DNA from: Lysobacter sp. | GTDB lineage: Bacteria > Pseudomonadota > Gammaproteobacteria > Xanthomonadales > Xanthomonadaceae | Reading direction: 5' to 3' | Assembly: GCA_036676625.1 (NCBI GenBank) | Contig: JAKFCN010000045.1 | Span: forward strand, 137 to 64,136 | Length of the DNA stretch: 64,000 nucleotides | Part shown: positions 43,195-51,808 of the stretch, one piece after another | How the letters are laid out: every line of letters begins with the position of its first letter | Numbering within the stretch: the stretch's first letter is position 1 | Program-made: the position numbers and the translations under genes | Notes under the pieces: model-generated | Databases searched by the model: none | What the model was told of the DNA's origin: nothing | The model's input: the letters and a program-made list of their open reading frames with translations, nothing else

Positions 43195-45213
43195 TCAGGC
43201 CGGCAGCTTGAAGTCGGCGACCGAACGGCGCAGGTCGGCGGCGAGCTGGGCCAGGTTTCCGATCGACTGCGCCGTCTGGCTGGCGCCCTGCGAGGTCTGC
43301 GCGGTGATCGACTGGATCGTGTTCATCGCCTGGGTGATGTTCGACGCCGCGGCGGTCTGCTGCTGCGCCGCGCTGGAAATGCCCTGGATGAGGTCGGCGA
43401 GGTTGGTCGACACGTTTTCGATCTCGCCCAGCGCGGTACCCGCGTCCTCGGCCAGTCGCGCACCGGCGACCACTTCCGAGGTCGTCTGCTCCATCGAGCT
43501 GACCGCCTCGTTGGTATCCGCCTGAATCGTCTGCACCAGCGACTCGATTCGCTTGGTCGCGTTGGACGAACGTTCCGCGAGTCGCTGCACTTCGTCCGCC
43601 ACCACCGCGAACCCGCGGCCCGCCTCGCCGGCCGAGGCCGCCTGGATGGCCGCGTTCAGCGCCAGGATGTTGGTCTGCTCGGAAATGTCGTTGATCAGTT
43701 CGACGATCGAGCCGATTTCCTGCGAGGACTCGCCGAGGCGCTTGATGCGCTTCGAGGTTTCCTGGATCTGGTCGCGGATGTTGTCCATGCCGCGGATCGT
43801 CTGCCGCACCACGCCGGCACCGCTGGTCGCGATCTGCACCGAGCGCTGCGCCACCTCGGCCGACTCGGCGGAGTTCTTCGACACCTGGTTGATGCTGGCC
43901 GCGATCTCGTTGATCCGGTCGGAAGCCGAGTTGATCTCGGACGCCTGGTGCTCGGCGGCCTCGGCCAGGTGCATGGCGGTGGCCTGCGTTTCCTGCGCGC
44001 TCGACGCTACCTGCACCGAGGTGTCGGTGATCGTCTGCACCAGGCTGCGCAGCTGCTCGACCGCGAAATTGATCGAGTCCGCGATCGCGCCGGTCATGTC
44101 CTCGGTCACGGTCGCCTTCACGGTGAGGTCGCCTTCCGCGAGCGAGCCCATCTCGTCCAGCAGGCGCATGATCGCCTCCTGGTTGCGGTTGTTGAGTTCC
44201 ATCGTGGTTTCGTAGCGCTTGCGCTGGGCGCGGCTCAGGGCGATGAGCAGGCCGACGATGGAGAACAGGGTCAGGACGCCGGACACGATGCTGACCCAGA
44301 CGCCGCCGATGATGCTGGTGTCCTTGAGCGAACCGAACGCGGTCAGCGCACCGAACAGGTTTTCGCTGTCGGACAGCAGCTGGTCGGAGCCACCGGCGAT
44401 CGCGGTCGCCGCGCTCTGCGCACGGAACAGGTTCTGCGAGGTGCCCAGGATCGCGTCGAGGTCGGTCTTCATCGCGGTCCACAGGGTGTTGGCCTGGTTG
44501 AGCGAGGCCACTGCCGCGGGTGCGGTCACCTTCTGCGCCTCGCCACCGCCGCCCTCGTGCAGGCCCTTCAGCACCTGCCCGAACACGCCGGCGTCGCGCG
44601 CCAGCGCGTCGCCGGCGATCTGCGCGCCGGTGCCGCCTGCCTGGATCTCCGCGACGCGGCGGGCCATGGTCGCCGCGAGGATGCCCTCGCGCACTGCCAG
44701 GTAGACCTGCGACGAGGCCGAACCGCTGGCCAGCATCGCGCGCACCACTTCGTCCATCTGCGCCTGCAGCTGCGGCACGCGTTGCACGAAGCTGTTGGCG
44801 TTGCCGGCGAGGCCGAGCACCGCGCGCTCGGAATCGATCACCTGCTGCGCGTTCCTGTCCAGCGGCAGCCAGGTGTTGGTGACGGTGGCGATCGGCGCGG
44901 ACACGCCCGGGGCCTGGCCGTATTTCTGGTTGAGCGACTGGATGTCGCTGTTGATCTGCTGCCGGGTCGTCTTGAAGGCGGCGAACGAGTCGGCATCGCC
45001 GCCGACCGCCTCGCGGCCCTGGTTGGCGAGCCGCTGCGAGTTCACCTGCAGGTTCGAGGCCGAACCGCTGGCTCCGCTGAGGCGCTGGGCCTTGGTGATC
45101 GAGTAGCCGGTGTTGGCACCGAAGACGATCAGCGACAGGACCAGCAGGACCAGCCAGAAGTTGGTGCCGACGTTGCGGCCCTTGGCGGTGGTGTCGTTCA
45201 TCACGGTACTCAT
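43195..45213 (-). CDS. pilJ: Type IV pilus chemoreceptor PilJ
   Basis: Two TMs, PilJ-type periplasmic region, MCP core [30 protein letters not shown]. Confidence 0.95.
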   Translation of the reverse strand: MSTVMNDTTAKGRNVGTNFWLVLLVLSLIVFGANTGYSITKAQRLSGASGSASNLQVNSQRLANQGREAVGGDADSFAAFKTTRQQINSDIQSLNQKYGQAPGVSAPIATVTNTWLPLDRNAQQVIDSERAVLGLAGNANSFVQRVPQLQAQMDEVVRAMLASGSASSQVYLAVREGILAATMARRVAEIQAGGTGAQIAGDALARDAGVFGQVLKGLHEGGGGEAQKVTAPAAVASLNQANTLWTAMKTDLDAILGTSQNLFRAQSAATAIAGGSDQLLSDSENLFGALTAFGSLKDTSIIGGVWVSIVSGVLTLFSIVGLLIALSRAQRKRYETTMELNNRNQEAIMRLLDEMGSLAEGDLTVKATVTEDMTGAIADSINFAVEQLRSLVQTITDTSVQVASSAQETQATAMHLAEAAEHQASEINSASDRINEIAASINQVSKNSAESAEVAQRSVQIATSGAGVVRQTIRGMDNIRDQIQETSKRIKRLGESSQEIGSIVELINDISEQTNILALNAAIQAASAGEAGRGFAVVADEVQRLAERSSNATKRIESLVQTIQADTNEAVSSMEQTTSEVVAGARLAEDAGTALGEIENVSTNLADLIQGISSAAQQQTAAASNITQAMNTIQSITAQTSQGASQTAQSIGNLAQLAADLRRSVADFKLPA

Positions 45214-45249
45214 GGTTCGACCTCGATCTTCGGTTGCGATGCGCGGCGG

Positions 45250-45804
45250 TCAGGCCGCGGCTTGTCGGAATTCGGGGGTGCGGGCCAGCTTCTGCAGGCT
45301 GAAGATGCCCCAGGTGTCGTCGCCGAGCCGGTATCCGCGCTCGACGAAGTGGGTGTAGCGGCCGCTGGTGAAGTCGTGTTCCCGCAGGCTGTCGGCCGGC
45401 AGTTGCTGCTCGTCCACGAAGCTGCGCTGGCCGAACAGTTCGTCGATGGTGACCGCGACGTCGCCGCCGGGCTGGCGCACGATCAGCACGCGCTGGCCCT
45501 CGTGCAGCACCGTGCGCTCGCCGTCGAGGAACTGCTTGAGGTCGACGATCGGCAGCAGGTTGCCGCGCACGTTGGCGACGCCGAGCATCCAGGGCTGTGC
45601 GCCCGGCACCGGCGTGACCTGCGGCATCGGGATGATCTCGACCACTTCCTCGAAGCCCGCCGCCAGGCGCCTGGCGCCGACCCGGAAGCCGACGCCGCGC
45701 CACAGACCGGGCGCGTCGAGCTGCTCGGGCAGGCCGGCAACGTGCGCCAGGCTGCGCTGCTCGTAGTCGGCGAGGATCTCGAACGGGCCGTGCGCCTTGC
45801 TCAT
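45250..45804 (-). CDS. pilI: CheW-like protein PilI
   Basis: TPVPGAQPWMLGVANVRG motif; between pilH and pilJ. Confidence 0.92.
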   Translation of the reverse strand: MSKAHGPFEILADYEQRSLAHVAGLPEQLDAPGLWRGVGFRVGARRLAAGFEEVVEIIPMPQVTPVPGAQPWMLGVANVRGNLLPIVDLKQFLDGERTVLHEGQRVLIVRQPGGDVAVTIDELFGQRSFVDEQQLPADSLREHDFTSGRYTHFVERGYRLGDDTWGIFSLQKLARTPEFRQAAA

Positions 45805-45805
45805 T

Positions 45806-46171
45806 TCAGGCACCGACCAGCTCGTTGATGCGGGCGACGAGGGCACCCTCGTCCGGCGGCTTGACGATGTAGTCCTTCGCGCCCTGGCGCAGGCCCCAGG
45901 CACGATCCGCGTCCATGCCCTTGGTGCTGACGATCAGCACCGGGATGGCCTTGGTGGCGCCGTCGCGCGACAGCGCACGGGTGGCCTGGAAACCGTTCAT
46001 TCCCGGCAACACCACGTCCATCAGCACCAGGTCCGGCAGCTCGCGCTTGCAGACTTCGATGCCGTCCTCGGCGCTGCCCGAAGTCAGCACCTGGTGGCCG
46101 TTGCGTTCGAGCAATTGGGTCAGGACCGCCACGTCGGTGGGCGAGTCTTCTATCAGCAGGATGCGTGCCAT
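45806..46171 (-). CDS. pilH: CheY-like response regulator PilH
   Basis: MARILLIEDSPT, NGFQATR and WGLRQGA motifs. Confidence 0.93.
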   Translation of the reverse strand: MARILLIEDSPTDVAVLTQLLERNGHQVLTSGSAEDGIEVCKRELPDLVLMDVVLPGMNGFQATRALSRDGATKAIPVLIVSTKGMDADRAWGLRQGAKDYIVKPPDEGALVARINELVGA

Positions 46172-46191
46172 GTTGTTGCCCTACCCCCCGG

Positions 46192-46593
46192 TCAGGCGTT
46201 GACGTGCTTGCGGATGGCGTCGAGGAGTTCCTCGCGCGTGAATGGCTTGGTGACGTACTGCTCGGAGCCGACGATGCGGCCGCGCGCCTTGTCGAACAGC
46301 CCGTCCTTGGACGAGAGCATGATCACCGGCACCGACTTGAACAGCTGGTTGTTCTTGATCAGGGCACAGGTCTGGTAGCCGTCCAGGCGCGGCATCATGA
46401 TGTCGACGAAGATGATCTGCGGTTGCTGGTCGGCGATCTTGGCCAGGGCCTCGAAGCCGTCGGTGGCGGTGACCACGTCGGCGCCCTCGCGCTTGAGCAG
46501 CGTCTCGGCGGTACGCCGGATCGTCTTGGAATCGTCGATCACCATCACTCGGAGGCCATCAAGGCTCCCGGTGCGGCTGTCGTCTGGCGTCAT
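46192..46593 (-). CDS. pilG: CheY-like response regulator PilG
   Basis: IDDSKTIRRTAETLL and SSKDGLFDKARGRIVGS motifs. Confidence 0.96.
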   Translation of the reverse strand: MTPDDSRTGSLDGLRVMVIDDSKTIRRTAETLLKREGADVVTATDGFEALAKIADQQPQIIFVDIMMPRLDGYQTCALIKNNQLFKSVPVIMLSSKDGLFDKARGRIVGSEQYVTKPFTREELLDAIRKHVNA

Positions 46594-46645
46594 CTAAACT
46601 CCCCTGGCGCGGTGCTCTTGATTGCCGGCGCCGCTGCGAAACACC

Positions 46646-46674
46646 TATATCCCAGCCTGCGGCTGCAGTGTCAA
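46646..46674 (-). promoter_or_regulatory. Possible sigma70 promoter for pilG
   Basis: Perfect TTGACA, 17-nt spacer, then GATATA (weak -10) on the minus strand upstream of pilG. Confidence 0.3.
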
Positions 46675-46773
46675 GTTTTCGTTGTCCGGGATCACCGCCT
46701 GAACACGTTGCCCCGGCCGCGGACCGCGCCGGGCGCCTGCTACCATGCATTCCCCACGCCGCGGACCAGCCGC

Positions 46774-47757
46774 ATGGTGCTCGACATCGTCGTCGTGATG
46801 GATCCCATCGGGGCCATCCGGATTGCCAAGGATTCCACCTTCGCGATGCTGCTCGAGGCGCAGCGGCGCGGCCATCGGCTGCACTACGTGCGCCCCGGCG
46901 GACTCAGCCTGCGCGATGGCGCGGCGATCGCGGATTGCCAGCCGCTCGCGGTCCGCGACGACCCCGCCGGCTGGTTCGAACTGGGAACTGCGTCACATCG
47001 CGCACTGGGCCGGGGCGATGCCGTGCTGGTGCGCACCGATCCGCCGGTGGACAGCGAATACATCCACGATACCCAGATCCTGGGCATCGCCCAGGCCGCC
47101 GGCGCCATGGTGGTCAACGATCCCCGAGGCCTGCGCGACTACAACGAGAAGCTGGCGGCCCTGCTGTTCCCGCAGTGCTGTCCCCCGACCCTGGTGAGCC
47201 GCGACGCCGCCGCACTCAAGGCCTTCGTCGCCACCCATGGCGACGCGGTGCTGAAGCCGCTGGACGGCATGGGGGGGCGTTCCATCTTCCGTGTCCGCGC
47301 CGGCGAATCCAACCAGAACGTGATCCTGGAGACCCTGGTCCAGGGCGGCCGCAGCCTGGCGATGGCCCAGCGCTACCTGCCGGAGATCTCGGACGGCGAC
47401 AAGCGGATCCTGCTGGTCGACGGCGAACCGGTCGATTACTGCCTGGCGCGGATCCCGCAGGGCGACGAGTTCCGCGGCAACCTGGCCGCCGGCGGCCGCG
47501 GCGAGGGACGCCCGCTGAGCGACCGCGACCGCTGGATCGCGGCCCAGGTGGGCCCGGAAATGAAGCGCCGCGGCATGCTGTTCGTCGGCCTGGACGTGAT
47601 CGGCGACTACCTGACCGAGGTCAACGTCACCAGCCCGACCTGCATCCGCGAGCTGGACCGGCAGTTCGGGCTCAACATCGCCGGCCTGCTGTTCGACGCC
47701 ATCGAGGCGAGGCACGCAGCGGGAGCGCACGCCATGGGAGAGCCGGCCCGGGCATGA
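46774..47757 (+). CDS. gshB: Glutathione synthetase
   Basis: VVMDPI...KDST, NEKL, KPLDGMGG, RGNLAAGG and EVNVTSPT motifs; divergent from pilG. Confidence 0.96.
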   Translation: MVLDIVVVMDPIGAIRIAKDSTFAMLLEAQRRGHRLHYVRPGGLSLRDGAAIADCQPLAVRDDPAGWFELGTASHRALGRGDAVLVRTDPPVDSEYIHDTQILGIAQAAGAMVVNDPRGLRDYNEKLAALLFPQCCPPTLVSRDAAALKAFVATHGDAVLKPLDGMGGRSIFRVRAGESNQNVILETLVQGGRSLAMAQRYLPEISDGDKRILLVDGEPVDYCLARIPQGDEFRGNLAAGGRGEGRPLSDRDRWIAAQVGPEMKRRGMLFVGLDVIGDYLTEVNVTSPTCIRELDRQFGLNIAGLLFDAIEARHAAGAHAMGEPARA

Positions 47758-48674
47758 ACGCCACCGCCGTCGCCCCCCCGCGCATCGGCGACCGCGAGCG
47801 CCTGAGCGCGACCCTGGTGTTGTCGCTGTTGCTGCACGGCCTGCTGATCCTCGGGGTCGGCTTCGCCCTGGAGTCGGCGGCGCCGGTGATGCCGACCCTG
47901 GACGTGATCCTGTCCCAGACCCGCACCGCGCTGACCCCCAGGCAGGCCGACTTCCTCGCCCAGGCCAACAACCAGGGCGGCGGCGAGGACGACAAGGCCA
48001 GCCGCCCGCGCGACAGCCAGACCGGCGACACCCCCAAGCCGGAGCCCGGGCTGGCGCCGCGCGAGCTGCGGGCCCAGGCGCCCGCGCCGGCGCCGCCGCC
48101 GCAGGCGCGGATCGTCACCAGCAGCAGCGGCAAGGCGCGGGTGCCGGTGCCGGAGAAGACCCCCGACGCCGTGGCCACCCCGCTGCCGCGCGGCGAGCGC
48201 CAGGTGGTCGAGGACATCGCCATGGCCCGGCTGGCGGCCGAGATCAACGCCAGCACCCGGCTTTACGCCCGTCGGCCTTCACGCAAGTTCGTCTCCGCCA
48301 GCACCCGCGAATACGCCTGGGCGGCCTACCTGCGTGAATGGGTCGATCGGGTGGAACGGGTCGGCAACCTCAATTATCCGGACGCGGCGCGCCGGCGCCG
48401 GCTCGGCGGCACGGTCGTGATCAACGTCGGCATCCGCCGCGACGGCAGCATCGAGGACGCGCAGATCGTGCGCTCCAGCAAGGTGCCGATGCTGGATGCG
48501 GCCGCACTGCGGATCGCGCGGCTGGCCGAACCCTACCCGCCGCTGCCGCCGACCGACGAGGATCCGGACATCCTCAACGTGGTGCGCACCTGGCAGTTCA
48601 TGCCGGGCGGCACGATGTCGGACGATACGAACTCCGACGACACGCCGCCGGACGGCATGGCAGCCGACCGGTAA
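47754..48674 (+). CDS. TonB family protein (TonB3-like)
   Basis: N-terminal SLLLH TM anchor, Pro-rich linker, VERVGNLNYP TonB C-domain; follows gshB. Confidence 0.87.
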   Translation: MNATAVAPPRIGDRERLSATLVLSLLLHGLLILGVGFALESAAPVMPTLDVILSQTRTALTPRQADFLAQANNQGGGEDDKASRPRDSQTGDTPKPEPGLAPRELRAQAPAPAPPPQARIVTSSSGKARVPVPEKTPDAVATPLPRGERQVVEDIAMARLAAEINASTRLYARRPSRKFVSASTREYAWAAYLREWVDRVERVGNLNYPDAARRRRLGGTVVINVGIRRDGSIEDAQIVRSSKVPMLDAAALRIARLAEPYPPLPPTDEDPDILNVVRTWQFMPGGTMSDDTNSDDTPPDGMAADR

Positions 48675-48684
48675 CATCGACCGC

Positions 48685-49437
48685 ATGATCCTGCTCGCGT
48701 TCGAAACTTCGACCGAAGCCTGTTCCGTGGCCCTGTGGCAGGACGGCGAATTGCGCGAGCGCTTCGGCATCGCGCCGCGGCAGCATGCCGAGCTGGCGCT
48801 GCCCTGGGCCCAGGCACTGCTGGCGGAAGCGGGCATCGCGAAGTCGCGGATCGATGCGATCGCGGTCGGCCGCGGGCCGGGCGCCTTCACCGGCGTGCGC
48901 CTGGGCGTGGCACTGGCGCAGGGCATCGCACTGGCGCTGGATCGCCCGGTGGTGGCGGTATCCACGCTGGCCGCATTGGCGTTTCCGGTTGCGGGCGAGC
49001 GCATCCTCGCCGCGATCGATGCGCGCATGGGCGAGGTCTATCTCGGCGCGTTCGCACGCGAGGGCGATGGACTCCGCGCGTTGCAGGCGGAGGCCGTGGG
49101 CAGACCGGACGCCATCGCACTTCCGGAAGGCGACGGCTGGCAGGGCACCGGCACCGGCTTCGCGGCGGTCGATGGCATGTTGCGTGCACGCCTGGGCACG
49201 CGGCTCGCGCACGTGGACGCGACCGCGTTGCCGCACGCCGCGGATGTCGCACGGCTGGCGGCGCCGATGTTCGCGCGCGGCGAAGCGCTCGCGCCCGAAC
49301 GGGTGGAGCCCGCCTACCTGCGCGACAACGTCGCGCTGACGCTGGCGGAACAGTTGTCGGCGAAGAAGGCGGCGACATCGGCAACGTCGTGCGTCAGCGG
49401 GAACGGCGGCAAGGATTCCAGGAACACGCGACCGTAG
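48685..49437 (+). CDS. tsaB: tRNA t6A biosynthesis protein TsaB
   Basis: ETSTEACSVA, GPGAFTGVR, DARMGEVY and EPAYLR motifs. Confidence 0.94.
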   Translation: MILLAFETSTEACSVALWQDGELRERFGIAPRQHAELALPWAQALLAEAGIAKSRIDAIAVGRGPGAFTGVRLGVALAQGIALALDRPVVAVSTLAALAFPVAGERILAAIDARMGEVYLGAFAREGDGLRALQAEAVGRPDAIALPEGDGWQGTGTGFAAVDGMLRARLGTRLAHVDATALPHAADVARLAAPMFARGEALAPERVEPAYLRDNVALTLAEQLSAKKAATSATSCVSGNGGKDSRNTRP

Positions 49438-51287
49438 CTCTTGCCGACCAGGCGCGGATCGCACAGCACCAGCACGCCGCGATCCGATTCGGTGCGGATC
49501 AGGCGACCGACGCCCTGCTTGAGCGCGATCACCGCCTGCGGCAGCTGTTCGTCGCGGAACGGATTGCCGCCGGAGCGCCGCACTGCCTGCAACCGCGCCT
49601 CGAACACCGGATCGTCCGGCGCCGCGAACGGCAGCTTGTCGATCACCACTACGCTGAGTGCATCGCCGGCCACGTCCACGCCCTCGCGGAAGCTGGCCGC
49701 GCCCAGCAGCACGCCGTTGCCGGACTCGCGGAAGCGCTGCAGCAACTGCGCGCGCGGCATGTCGCCCTGCACCAGCAGCGGCCACGGTCCGCCACGCAAT
49801 GCGTCGGCCGCCTCGCGCAAGGCGCGATGCGAGGCGAACAGCACGAATGCGCGCCCGCCGGAAGCCTCGAGGACCGGCCTCAACGCCTGTACCAGTGCGC
49901 TGGTGTAGTCGCGCGACATCGGTTCGGGCAGGCCCGGCGGCAGGTAGCACAGTGCCTGGGTATTCCAGTCGAACGGGCTCGGCTCCAGCAACGTCTCCGG
50001 CTGGTCGAGGCCGAGCCGGGTGGCGATGTGCTGGAAGCCGCCGGACACCGACAGCGTCGCCGAGGTGAACACCCACGCAGCGCGCGACTTCTCGCGATGC
50101 TCGCGCAGCGGTCCCGAGACGTCCAGCGGCGTGCGCTGCAGGCGGAATCCGCGTGCAGTCAGCTCGTACCAGAGCACGTCGTCGTCGCCTGGTCCGGTCA
50201 CGCCGGCACCATCACCGGTCCAGCGGGCGAGCCGCCCCGTCAAGTCGATGGCGCGCGCATGGCAGGCGTCGAAACCGGGCGAAGCCTCGCGCAGCGGCGT
50301 CAGCGCTTCGGCCAGTTGCGCCAGTGCCAGCGCCAGCGCCTCGAAACCCTCCGCGACCGCGTCGTCCTCCAGCGCGCGCGCACGGGTCGCGCGCGCCGGC
50401 AAGGTGTCCATCACTGCGCGCAACGCGCGGGTGGCGTGTTCGAGCCGTTGCGCGTGAGGCTGCACCGTCGCCAGTGCACCGGCGACATCCTTGCATTCGC
50501 GCAACGCATCGCGCGCGAGTTCCACCAGCGGGCGCGCACCGATGCCTTCGCCGAAGAACTGCGCGGCCAGCTCCGGCAACTGGTGCGCCTCGTCGACCAC
50601 GAACGCCTGCGCGCCCGGCAGGATCTCGCCGAAACCTTCCTGCTTCAAGGCCAGGTCGGCCAGCAGCAGGTGGTGGTTGACCACCACCAGGTCGGCCGCC
50701 TGCGCACGCTGGCGCGCCTGCACCACGAAGCAGTCGTTCCAGAACGGACAATCGCCCCCCAGGCAGTTGTCGGTGGTGCTGGTCACCAGCGGCAGCAGCG
50801 GCGAGTCCTCGGGCAGGCCCTCCAGCTCGGCCATGTCGCCCATGCGGGTGCGCCCGGACCAGGCGACGATGCGCTGGAACTGCGCGACCTGGGCGCGATC
50901 GCCGAACTTCGCCTCGCCCTTGGCCTGTTCGACGCGATAGCGGCAGAGGTAGTTGGCGCGGCCCTTGAGCAACGCCGTCTTGAGGCCGATGCCGAGCGCA
51001 TCGCGCACCCGCGGCAGGTCGCGGTGGTAGAGCTGGTCCTGCAATGCACGGGTGCCGGTGGAGACGATGGTCTTGAGCCCGGACAGCAGCGCGGGCACCA
51101 GGTAGGCGTAGGTCTTGCCGGTTCCGGTACCTGCCTCGGCAAGCAGGCTGGCACGCGACTCGAACGCTTGCGCCACCGCTTCGGCCAGGCGCTGCTGTGC
51201 GGGCCGCGGCACGAATGCGGGAATCGCCCCGGCCAGCACGCCGCCTTCCGCGAGCGCGGCGCGGCTGGACTCCGACAGCACCGACAT
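49314..51287 (-). CDS. yoaA: DinG/YoaA-family ATP-dependent DNA helicase
   Basis: EAGTGTGKT, Fe-S Cys residues, DEAH, EGVDV and QGVGRLIR motifs. Confidence 0.9.
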   Translation of the reverse strand: MSVLSESSRAALAEGGVLAGAIPAFVPRPAQQRLAEAVAQAFESRASLLAEAGTGTGKTYAYLVPALLSGLKTIVSTGTRALQDQLYHRDLPRVRDALGIGLKTALLKGRANYLCRYRVEQAKGEAKFGDRAQVAQFQRIVAWSGRTRMGDMAELEGLPEDSPLLPLVTSTTDNCLGGDCPFWNDCFVVQARQRAQAADLVVVNHHLLLADLALKQEGFGEILPGAQAFVVDEAHQLPELAAQFFGEGIGARPLVELARDALRECKDVAGALATVQPHAQRLEHATRALRAVMDTLPARATRARALEDDAVAEGFEALALALAQLAEALTPLREASPGFDACHARAIDLTGRLARWTGDGAGVTGPGDDDVLWYELTARGFRLQRTPLDVSGPLREHREKSRAAWVFTSATLSVSGGFQHIATRLGLDQPETLLEPSPFDWNTQALCYLPPGLPEPMSRDYTSALVQALRPVLEASGGRAFVLFASHRALREAADALRGGPWPLLVQGDMPRAQLLQRFRESGNGVLLGAASFREGVDVAGDALSVVVIDKLPFAAPDDPVFEARLQAVRRSGGNPFRDEQLPQAVIALKQGVGRLIRTESDRGVLVLCDPRLVGKSYGRVFLESLPPFPLTHDVADVAAFFADNCSASVSATLSRR

Positions 51288-51808
51288 CAGTAGCGCGCGG
51301 GGCCGGCGACGGTGCAGGCCTCGCGTTGCAGCTGCGCCGAGCCGGCGCCCACCGCGTCGCCCGCGGCCAACCGCAGCTGGCGCAAGGTCTCCTGGTGGCG
51401 GCGGCAGAGCGGGCCAACCCTGGCGCCGAGTTCCCAGCCGCGCTGTGCGAGCTGCGCGGCCCTGGCGAAGTCGTGCGACAGCAATGCGGCCTCGGCGCGT
51501 TCCTGCAGCAACGCCGGATCGTCCGGTACCAGTCGCAACGCATGTTCGAGCGCGGCCACGGCCTCGGGATAGCGCCGCTGCCGCTCCAGCCGCTGCGCCT
51601 GCTCGCGCAGGTCCTCGACCATCGGGTCGCGCAGCGGCTGCACCGCCAGCTCCACGCCAGCATGGCCCGCGGCCGCGCGGATCGCCGCGACCATCGCCTC
51701 GGGCGTGGTCGACGGGGTCGCCGTCACCGGCGTTGGCGGAGTTGCGCAAGCGCCCAGCGCCAGGGCCGCGAACATCGCTGCGAGCAATGGCGCCTGCATG
51801 CGAAACAT
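51287..51808 (-). CDS. TPR-like lipoprotein (possible LpoP-type PBP1B activator)
   Basis: LGAC lipobox, TPR-like helices, two C-terminal Cys; translationally coupled to mrcB. Confidence 0.75.
   Translation of the reverse strand: MFRMQAPLLAAMFAALALGACATPPTPVTATPSTTPEAMVAAIRAAAGHAGVELAVQPLRDPMVEDLREQAQRLERQRRYPEAVAALEHALRLVPDDPALLQERAEAALLSHDFARAAQLAQRGWELGARVGPLCRRHQETLRQLRLAAGDAVGAGSAQLQREACTVAGPARY

Noticed and set aside
37278-43211. 1977-aa antisense ORF opposite chpA, and similar long antisense ORFs opposite glnS, hrpA, mrcB and pilJ
   Set aside because: Shadow frames caused by GC3 codon bias; no recognisable motifs and fully overlapping well-supported genes
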